This document shows positions 9,164-18,584 of a DNA stretch of 64,000 nt, one piece after another. Each line of letters begins with the position of its first letter. Position 1 is the first letter of the stretch. Under the pieces are notes generated by a model. That model was not told the origin of the DNA, did not search any database, and saw nothing but the letters and a program-made list of their open reading frames with translations. Source of the stretch: Marsupella aquatica (lineage: Eukaryota; Plantae; Marchantiophyta). The stretch spans positions 13,391,375-13,455,374 of the forward strand of contig OZ316897.1 in the NCBI GenBank assembly GCA_973895155.1, written 5' to 3'. The position numbers and the translations under genes were made by a program.

Positions 9164-11056
9164 CTAAAAAGATTGGGGCATGATAGCCCGAGCTCCCCTG
9201 GCTCTAGTCATAGGACCAGTAGCAAGACCATCAGCCTGTACAATGCAGCGTGTGGGAGCAATACGGGAGGCAGCACTGGCTTGCTGGTAAGCAAAATAGG
9301 AAGGGCAGAATGAATCTGAAAATTCTGCTGTAAGGCCAGGTTGTGCAGTAGAGGATAGCACACACTCACCCATATGAGCATCAAATGGCAAGCCATAGAA
9401 AGAGCGAGGAATGGGTGCTGAACTGTCAGTGGTGCCTAGGCCAGGGATGGGTTGCACATGACCAGCCGGTTGAGAAGGACCAGCAGAGGCAGTGGACTTG
9501 CCTTTGATGTTGGCAAGTTGGGCATGTAATGACTCAACCTCATGAGTCAGAGACTGGAGTTGAGTTGCCTGTGCGTTGTGAGCCTCCTTCTGAGCTGGTG
9601 GCTTCTGTTGCTGCTTAGGCAATTTGTTGGCACTGGTTGCTTTGCCACTGGAAGGAGGAGCAACTGATGCAGTAGGAGCCCTCCTAGCTGGTGGGGGAGT
9701 GGAAATAGGAGCAGGATGAGTGGCTTGTGGTCGTAGCTGCTTCCTCTCTAGGAATTTGGCAAAACAAACTGCCTCCAAGTGGCCCACTTTCCCGCAAAAA
9801 TCACAAGACAGGTCCTCAGCAACAATATCACATTCATTAGCCTTGTGATTAGGATTGCCACAGTAGTTGCAAGATGGCAGCATGAAAGCAGCATGTGCTG
9901 GTTTGGTCTTGGAAGCATACTGTGGCACATGGGAAGGGGTGGCTATTGTAGGAGCAGCAGCCTGGTACCTGGATCGCGGTGGACGCGCAATACTGGCCTC
10001 ATAATGTGCATGGGCCAACTCAAGTTTCTCAGCAGTATCATAGACATTGAGCAGGGTGTAGCTGTCTCCAAACTCTGAGAATACTTGCTGCAACACTTGC
10101 GAATGGAGAGCTGGTGTGCCCTCCAATGCACGAAGATAGCGATGAGCAGCTTCCAGGTCAGTGATGCTCTGGGTGTCCTCCTTCAACTTGAGAAGCCGAC
10201 GATACATCATCTTCAAGGTTTCATCGCGCTGCCTCACAAAGGTGGCCAACTGCATGATTTTGTCAGCACTCTTGATTGGGAATTCCAATTCAAGAACCTG
10301 GAAAAACTCAGCCACTGGATCAGCAAAGACAGGGGAATCAATGGTGGGAGAAATGCCTGATGTAGCCTGTGCCAAGATAGTGGGAGTAACTGGCGCAGTG
10401 GTAGGAACTGGAGTAGGAGGGGAAGTGGCAGGAGCAGCAGCATGGGCTGCAATGGCATTCTGTAATGCCAATTGTGAGGCAGCCGCAATTGCATTGGCAT
10501 AGGCAGGGTTAGGCAATTGTGTGACAGCAAGCAGCCGTTGAGAGTGCTGCTCATACACATCCAAAGCCTCGTGGTGCACATACCTGGCTATCTGCTTAAA
10601 TGCAAAAGCATTTGTGAAATTGCTGCCGTACTTCAACTCCAATTCGTAAACGACAGTGTAGAAAGTGGATTTGAACTCACGTAAAGAAACAGTGCCTGGC
10701 CGCCCGCTAAAGCGTTCAATGCGGCCAGATGAGTGGCTGGCGTCCATGCTGTATGTCGGTGAAGCAGGAACAACCACGGATGCAGAAGGGGTAAATGGCA
10801 ATGAAGGGATAGCAAGCTTTGGAGTAGTGGTGAAGCGACCGCCAAATTGAGCAGAAGGATTGCGTGGTGTGGGTGCTGCTGCTGTTTGTGGACGTCGTCG
10901 AAATTGCCGAGACTCCAATGAAATTGGCACCAATGGTCGTGGATCACTCCGTAAATGGTACCTGGGTGTCGGTGGCGATGTGCTGCTACCTCCTGGCTCG
11001 TCTGCTGACATGCTGCATGCTAACCGGGGTGCCAAATGTACAAAATGTGTGAACAC
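9164..11056 (-). CDS. gag: Gag-like protein with two CCHC zinc knuckles
   Basis: 630-aa ORF with CNYCGNPNHKANEC and CDFCGKVGHLEAVC. It is in frame with the downstream PR-DNMT ORF across a single TAG at 9164-9166. The true start may be the ATG near 11011. Confidence 0.85.
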   Translation of the reverse strand: MFTHFVHLAPRLACSMSADEPGGSSTSPPTPRYHLRSDPRPLVPISLESRQFRRRPQTAAAPTPRNPSAQFGGRFTTTPKLAIPSLPFTPSASVVVPASPTYSMDASHSSGRIERFSGRPGTVSLREFKSTFYTVVYELELKYGSNFTNAFAFKQIARYVHHEALDVYEQHSQRLLAVTQLPNPAYANAIAAASQLALQNAIAAHAAAPATSPPTPVPTTAPVTPTILAQATSGISPTIDSPVFADPVAEFFQVLELEFPIKSADKIMQLATFVRQRDETLKMMYRRLLKLKEDTQSITDLEAAHRYLRALEGTPALHSQVLQQVFSEFGDSYTLLNVYDTAEKLELAHAHYEASIARPPRSRYQAAAPTIATPSHVPQYASKTKPAHAAFMLPSCNYCGNPNHKANECDIVAEDLSCDFCGKVGHLEAVCFAKFLERKQLRPQATHPAPISTPPPARRAPTASVAPPSSGKATSANKLPKQQQKPPAQKEAHNAQATQLQSLTHEVESLHAQLANIKGKSTASAGPSQPAGHVQPIPGLGTTDSSAPIPRSFYGLPFDAHMGECVLSSTAQPGLTAEFSDSFCPSYFAYQQASAASRIAPTRCIVQADGLATGPMTRARGARAIMPQSF

Positions 11057-12534
11057 ACATAAAAACCGTTACAAAGAAAAACCGTTGGAGAAAATGACCC
11101 TTAAAAGCGCAAATTCAGCCCCCTTCGCATTTGCCTATTATATGCCAAATTGACCGTCTGATGTGTAGACACAGGACCCGCAGCGGTATGCAGATGATCT
11201 GACATCGGCGGAAAGGAGGGCCCCTAAAATCTATACACATCGGGCCCCATTGTGGACCCGGAAAGTGCAGCCATTCGGAATGGAAAGCAAGGGAGGCGAA
11301 AGGAAAAGAAATACGAGAAAAACGGGCCTGCCCCTAAGTGTATACACATCGGGTTTAAGGCGGACCGGCCAAATGTGTGAGACAAGCGACCTATACACAA
11401 CAATAAAAATGGCGCGCGGCTCTACGCTGTCAAGCAAGGCGAGGCGCAGCAAGGTGAAAGGAAAGAATCCAGCCCGAAAGACAAAGAAAGGGCGAGGCGA
11501 GGCAGGGTAAGTGCCAAAGAAAAACTGATGCGAAATTAAGGCAAGGGGGAACAGAAAGAAATGAGCCCCTCTTAATGGCTCCCCAACCCTCCATAGGGCT
11601 TCGTGCCCCCCTTTATGAACTCCCAAAGAGAAGCTACGAGCTCCCTCTCCCCTCCTTAATGATTCCTGTTGGGCCTTGTGCCCTCTCCCTCGCTTTGCTT
11701 CTGGCAGGGCTCCTCCTCCCCACTTAATGCTCCCTAGGGCTTGGTGCCCTCCTTTCGCTTCCCCCTCCTTCCTTAATGCTTGTGCCCTGCAGGGGGGGAC
11801 TCCCAAGAGAGGGAGTCGAATGGTTACTCCCCCTCCCCCTCTTTATTCTCCATAGGGCCTCGTGCCCTCTCCATGCGCTCGCTTCCTCCCCAGCTGCTTT
11901 GATTGTTGATAACGGTAGGGAAAAAGAAGGAAGGAAATGTGCGAGGCAAGGGGCACGATGCCCTATGCACAGTCTGCACACCAAAGCGAAAGGAGTGGCG
12001 AGGCGACAAAGGCAAAAAATGGCAACAAAAAAAGGGCGAAAAGAAAATGGGCGCGCGGCCCTATGTAGTCGAGAAGCAGTTGCGCGGTGGCCGAGGCAGT
12101 CCGGAGGTTGTCGCACGGCAGCCGATGCAGGATGGCAGCCGTGGCCGGGAAATGGCCATAAAACCAACAAAAAAGGGGCTTCAAAGGGTCGTTAAAAACT
12201 CCAGCAAGAGCACAGCGCCCTGTGCAGTCGGCAGCAAGTCGCCAACGAAGGTCACGGCAGTAGGTCGTGACGCAGGTTGCGCCGGAAAAGAAAAACCTGG
12301 GCAAAACGCAAAACCTCCCGGAAGTGCTCCCCTCGTCTCCTCCTGGGTGTACTCCGCCAGTCCGAGAGTTTAAGTGTATACACTTAAGTGATGTATATAC
12401 AAGGAAAAATCTAACTGTAACCCCATCGCTTGATTTTTCTGCAAAGAAATTGTACTGGCTTCGACGGAAATTGTCTAGACCGGCATGAGCAGCTGAGAAG
12501 CACAACGTTTCTGATCTTCTTCCCTTCACTCGGG

Positions 12535-12549
12535 CAGTTCTTCTTGAAT
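12535..12549 (-). other. Self-priming primer-binding site
   Basis: Element strand ATTCAAGAAGAACTG lies at the X1 boundary and is the perfect 15-nt complement of 12691-12705 inside X1. There is no TGG-type tRNA PBS here. Confidence 0.8.
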
Positions 12550-12905
12550 AAAAGGCGTAAGAGAAACAATTGTACTGAAATCGAATCGAAAATCGGCAGG
12601 ATGCCAAGATCGGCCGGGAGCATCTAACGAATCACTATGTGAATCCCGTGTACGAAACCGACGAGCACTGTCTGATCTCTGTCAACAGCGATTCAAGAAG
12701 AACTGAAAACCCACAAAGAAAGACATGCCCTAAGCAAGCAAAGTCCTGGCGTCACACTAACAAACACATTTGCTTCAAGAACGGCCCAGACTTGCTACAA
12801 GAACATGTCGCTAACTCGGGTAGTACACTAGCCCTAATTACATACCTAGCGGGCAGGCGAGGGACATGCCGATGTGCATAAGAGGCACTGTCCCTCGGCA
12901 TGACA
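12548..12905 (-). repeat. Terminal repeat X1 (5' end of element, 358 bp)
   Basis: Same length as 3087-3444 with about 10 substitutions (~97%). Starts TGTCATG on the element strand. Confidence 0.95.
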
Positions 12906-15900
12906 TCTTGTCCATGTTTGCTATTTGCTCTTTGAAGTCCTCATCAATGCCCGGTCATAATCAATGGTGACCTGAATCCACCAGATTTTGAAAATGAACA
13001 GAAAGTGACAGTTTAAGAAGAAGATAAATACATTTAGCAGCCTTTCATGTCAGTGACTGATATAATTTATCATTGTTGCCTTGAAAGCTACACAGACCCA
13101 TCCAACAGAGGATAGACGGTCCAAAACATGCACCTCTGTAGGGTTAGCATAAGGCGACGGCACCAGATCCAATAGGGACTGTACCAGGAGGGAGAGAGGG
13201 TTGAACCGAGCCCCCAAAGCCACCAGCCAGGGGCCAAAAAAGACACCAGTAGTTCCACAATTATACCCCACCCACACAAGCATACACATACCCTCAACAC
13301 CCCTTGAGTGCGGAGAGGCATTGGACCTGGGACTTCTTGGTTGTAGGCTCATCGCTTGGCGAACTAACATAAGCCATTGCCTTGACGGATGTTTTCATTT
13401 AATGGGCTGTGGAGAGTTTTAGCATGGGGTTCACAATTAAAAACATGATCTTATGTAACAGCAAGTCCAGTTCTATCTGAACTTAGGACCAAACTCTATG
13501 AGAAGTAAGACCAGGAATCCTCAGCCTAAAATTAGGTAGTGCCGCCTAGCGCCCTCATTGTCGGGACTTTACAAGATGTAGGGAGCAGGGGTGACTATTT
13601 TTACCAAATCAAATTAGAGGTCCCCTTCTTGTTCTAAACATAGACTCCACGCCAAGGATCTTTTGAAATGCATTTCAATAAATGCAAATTTCTTGAAAAG
13701 GAGCCAAAGTTTGAAGTGTTTGGAGGTGGTCCCAAATTCTAGTCACTCCATTGGAGCATTATTTGGGTCCACTTCGGGCCCCTCAGTTCTTGTACAGCCA
13801 AGTGCAACAGTTTCGACTCATTAGAGGGTCTACATTATATATGAGAAGGCAGGGATAAAAAGGAGATAAAGCATTCCTTCCCCCCCCCCCCTCGCCCCAA
13901 CCCAACAGCCACCCTAAGATTGTGATGTCATGGGCTGTCAATGGAGCAAGGCTTTTCGCACCTAGCACCACCCCCAAGAAAAAAGCTTTTTGCCACAGTA
14001 CACCTCCAGCAGATTGGCTATGTGGAAGTCCAGCAATGTTCCACGTGTACCCACACTCCTTAACAAGTCTGCGAAGTCCAGCTGCTTGTGACATATATAT
14101 GCTACTTTGGCCCAATCTACATTATGATTTGTTATAGAAGTCTATAACCATGGTCACATTATCACATACCAGTGAAAGGAGCGAACGTATTTCTTTGGTA
14201 ATTTAGAAAAATATTTACTGTAGATTATGTGAGTTGGGGCGGGCATGGGTGTTGTCCAGCAGGAATTCCAGCGACTGTAGTAGCCAAATCAAGACCTGGC
14301 ACCCTCTAACCTTCAACAGGTGTAAATTTATAATTAGACGCCCTACTTGTCATTCTGAAGCCGGCTGGTTTCATGCACTCAGTTCTGAGAGTGGATGTGA
14401 ACCCTACATTCATAATCCACGTTGATTGAATGCCACTTTTGGAGAATTTTTGGTACAGTCATGAGAGTGGGAATGAATGTCTCGATGATAATATATTTCT
14501 GTTTGTGGTCAGGAAAGAGATGAAATTTACTTAGTACGGGAAATTCTGTCGTCAGAAATAGGATTTTACCACACTTCGTAAAGTTGATGTGGTCTGAAAG
14601 AAGAAATACTAGAGTAACCAGATTAGTGCACAAAATATTCATAAAACTATTTGGTGCGGACCTCACTACATGGAGAAACAAAAGCCCAGACATTGTCCCT
14701 GCCCATCCCCATGGAATGCATAAAGCCATCATTACTTTTACACCAAAAAGAAAAGAGAATTGTGCACAGATAGCACTTGATGACTTTGATTATCTTGGGG
14801 ACATGACATGATGTCTTGACCCTTTTCAAGTTCAAGGTTGTCGAATTGTCAAGTTAGGGAGGAAACTGGTTTGGTGATGTTATTAAAATTGGCTGCAAAC
14901 TGTAAGGAGACCATTGACAAATCACATTTCAGTTAAAAATGTAAAACAATATTATCTGAGTCAGTTTAAATGTTCTGAGAAAGTCCATTCAAGCATTGCC
15001 AGTCCATCTGAGCTTCATAGACAAAGTGGAGGTCCATTCGGGCTTTAGTTTCCTAAAGAGACCAGTCAAGCTGGAAAAATATGTTGGCTGTTTGGAGAAA
15101 TTAAATTCCATTAACATTGGTCTGAAAAACTGTACATGAGACAAAATGCTATGGAAAGAGTGATTTTTGTTGAAACTCTAGCAAACACACCTTTTCTTGG
15201 TATTAGTGAATTACAGAAAAGTTTGCTCTTTCATGGAATTGGGAGAAAATTAAACTAGAGACTTGTCATACTGGAAAAATTAACATAAGTCAACATGCTA
15301 CCTAAAAATGTGTTTAATGTTGAAATCTGTTTCCCGTCAGTGATATATGAAAGTGAAGCCCGGACGAACCACCGTGTTGGACACAATGCTGCCATGGACC
15401 ACATTTTGGTGGCCCGTTTGGTGGTCCATGCACGTTTTGGGCTTATAACTTGATGATTTATGAATCTAATAGATTAATAATTTTATTGAATTTATTAAAT
15501 TTATTAATCTATTAGATTTTACCCTTCCTCATTCCATGATGAATAATTCAGCCAAAGTGACCAAAATTTCACTGTCACTTTGATGGAAGTGTGATGTACC
15601 TACTTCTTTAGCACATACTCGAAAACTAAAAAAAATCTAATTATGAACATCAAGTTGTTGGCATTAAAGTCAAATTTTGGGAAATGTGATCCATGGATTG
15701 GGGTTCCAAGAGACCAACAGTGTGGTCCATGGGACCATTTTAGTGATATGTTATTAATGAATAGGAAACATAAGTTACTTTAAAGGGCCAGGGTCTAGAG
15801 TGAAGACTCTAAATAATAACTCCAAATAAGGACAAAACTAGACTAAAAAATAAGAACAAAGGGAGGGTGAACAAAAAATGGGGATGGGGCAAACATTAAC

Positions 15901-15914
15901 GGGAGATAGCTCAG

Positions 15915-16125
15915 ATTCTTTATTTGCAAGATTTTCTTTGGTCTTCATCTCTATTCTATTTATGTTTGAGTAAAGGGTGATCAAGCTAGTGCAGAAAAAC
16001 CTACACTCAAAAAATGCCTTATTCTTTATTTGCAATATTTTCTTTGGCCTTCATCTCTATTCTATTTGTGTTAGAGGAAAGGGTGTTCAGGCTAGTGAGA
16101 AAAACCTACACTCAGAAAATGCCTT
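15915..16125. repeat. Tandem duplication, ~106 bp x2
   Basis: attctttatttgcaa...aaaaacctacactca.aaaatgcctt occurs twice. Confidence 0.85.
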
Positions 16126-16303
16126 GGAATAAAATTCAACCATCAGATTGCTCCAAGTCAAAACTATATAATTATGTTTTCACAATCCATTACTCCGAAT
16201 CAAGTTACACCCACAGTAACTGCGGTTAGGATCGTCAGCCCGGTTTGAACTGACTAAACAAGTTATCGTGTTGTTGTACATGACAACTTCTCATTTGTCA
16301 GCT

Positions 16304-16427
16304 CCAAAACAGGGGTCAAATGTTGAATATTTGCTTATATTCCCGGCCGGCCAAAACAGGGGTCAAATGTTGAATATTTGCTTATATTCCCGGCCGGCCA
16401 GGACAGGCCGGGACAGGCCGGGACAGG
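16304..16427. repeat. Perfect 47-bp tandem duplication followed by a ggacaggccg 10-mer repeat
   Basis: ccaaaacaggggtcaaatgttgaatatttgcttatattcccggccgg at 16304 and 16351. Confidence 0.9.
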
Positions 16428-16662
16428 TTGTGGTCAGGACAGGCCAGGGTCGGGGTTGGGCCGGGTCGAGGCAGGGTGTGGGCCAGCCGGGGCCGAGGGT
16501 GGGGGCCGTGGCCAGGACAACCGGGCGTGACACATGTCATGTCGGATTCATTTGTTGGACAAGTCCAAACCGGGATAGCCGGTACCAGGAACTACTGTAC
16601 GAACTCACCGCTGTGAGCAAAATATCTGTGGTCAGAAATTGAGACGTTACTACGGTTAAGAT

Positions 16663-16674
16663 TGCCACGTGGCA
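16663..16674. promoter_or_regulatory. Extended palindromic G-box TGCCACGTGGCA
   Basis: Perfect 12-bp palindrome at the start of the CpG-rich region upstream of the lipase gene. Confidence 0.5.
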
Positions 16675-18584
16675 GTAGAGCGATGATTTCAGGAACTGGG
16701 ATGAAGAGGAAGCGAAGAAATTAGGGAATCGTGGGAATGACGAGAAATTGCGGTCGGATTCGGTCGATGACTCGGAAAATTGACGATTGCGAGAAGAAAG
16801 CCAAGAATTGCAAAAGAAGCCAAAGATTTGATCACGATGATTTACGGACTCTTCAAGGCTCGGCTCCGACGTTGAGGACACATTTTGCTGCGTCGATTTT
16901 GGATAACGGGATTGGCTTTCGCGTTTGTTTCCTTGTTGTTTAGCTCTGCATCGAGGATCGGGATCCGATTGGCACGTCGATCGAATCTGCGCGCACGGAT
17001 TTCACTCCGACAGCATAGGGAAAAAGCCGGCCGGTGTCGCACCGCGATTGGACGAACTGGTGCGTGTTCGCCGCTTCGAACCGTGACTGTACCAAAAAGC
17101 GCACAATTCTCGAGGAGCAACGAGCAAACCCTCGATCATGATGATCTGACCACGGTGAACTCACCAATGATGATAAGTAGTGTTGTAATAAGGCACCTCT
17201 TGCGAAGCTTGCCTACTGGATAACGGTTGTCTTCGAGCTAGGCGATTACGTGAGCAAGTAGTAGTCTGTCTTCAGCATCCGACGATCCAACGAACGTGCT
17301 GTACAAATTGTGTGGCGCACGACCCCACCAGTTTGAGGGATTGATTGATTGATTGATTTGATAGTTTCTTTGCCGGTGTTGCATTGGATAGCGAAAGAGA
17401 CGGAGGAGACGAAAGCCATTGCAGTGGAGGTCGAGACTCATCATGCCCGGTAGCGGTCTGGTGACGAGTGAGTACAATTGAATCATACACATACTGGCGA
17501 GAGAGAGTGGAAGCGGCCTCTTTTCCCCACCTTGCCTTCCGCAGAGGAATTGAAGAATTTTTTTTTTCAATTGCGTGCATGAAATTCCGCTCTACAGTAC
17601 AATGGAAAGTAAAGCGAAGAAGTCCACCTCTGTCTGCTCTCTATTGCTGCTCTGTTAAAATCTCTGTAATTTAATACATTTTGGCACCTTTTGCTTCTCT
17701 GCGACGCCTCTAGGCATTTCTTCTTCGTCGTCACTTTTGCCTCGTCCAATTCGGGAGTGAAGAGTAGCTCGCCCGTGTCATAGGAGCCTTCCATCGTTCT
17801 ATTCCGGTACTGTACCAGTAGTGGCCCTCCCGTCTCGTCTTCATTCTTGGCCCTGCCTACACCTTTTTCTCTCAGTGACAATCCCTTCTTCGCCCTGTCT
17901 TCACCTCTTTGTTCTTCTCGTTCCAGCGGTGTGCCTGGGATTCTGTTCCTCCTCAACCGGCACTACTTACACGGGATACCTACAATAGAATTTTCCAACG
18001 TTCACGAGTTCTTTAGCCTCCCCACTTCCGCGCGTGCATGTTTGTACGGGCTCGTAATAGTATATTTTAGTGAGTTGTCCTTTGTGCCTAGCGCGCTTGC
18101 GTTTGTGCGCGTTAGAGCCCGTAATTGTGGTCGGTGCTGAGCACTAGATACTTTCCTCTCCTCTCCTTTCCTCTCCTCTCCTCTCCTGAGCCGATCCGTG
18201 TGTGGAACTCTGATCGCCTCCGCTTTGTTCGAGTTATTGCGGGAGGATTTTAATTCAGCAAGCAGATATTCCGGCGCAGGACATAGGTATATCAGACGGG
18301 AAAGATTCGGTTTCGTTCATCAGCGCAGATCTTTGGCTCCTTCGCCGCTAGAATTCGGGTTTGGCCCAGTGCCTGCCCGCGTTGTCGACGAGAATTCTGC
18401 GCATACGCTCCGAAAGTGCCTCGTAGGTTGCTTGGGCTGCACATATTGTACACCTAGAACATCTCCAGTGCGGAGTCCTTGTCGGCTGGCTGGCGGGAAC
18501 AGAGGATGCTTGCTGATCGCGGAGGAGTTTGAATTTCGTTGAAGTCGAGCTGCGCGTAATTCGGTTTCGCTGTTTTCCACCACT

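Larger units (their letters stand above)
2911..12905 (-). mobile_element. Full-length Ty3/Gypsy retrotransposon with DNMT3-like methyltransferase, PHD finger and split direct repeats
   Basis: Domain order on the minus strand is gag(2xCCHC)-PR-DNMT-RT-RNaseH-IN-PHD, with IN after RT/RH as in Ty3/Gypsy. Ends are TGTCATG... and ...CACGACA. TSD TCTT at 2907-2910 and 12906-12909. Terminal repeats X (358 bp) and Y (176 bp) each occur twice. Confidence 0.95.

Noticed and set aside
11231-12881. Many 80-214 aa ORFs in the element leader and repeats
   Set aside because: Low-complexity, GC-rich frames with no recognisable motifs.
2911-12905. Classification as a DIRS/PAT/Ngaro element because of the split repeats and methyltransferase
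   Set aside because: It has a protease, an HHCC-DDE integrase and a TSD. No tyrosine recombinase was seen, and the MTase is a C5-cytosine type rather than the adenine type found in DIRS.
13050-15350. Possible old LINE or DNA transposon fragments
   Set aside because: Only vague peptide hints. No diagnostic motif or termini could be supported.
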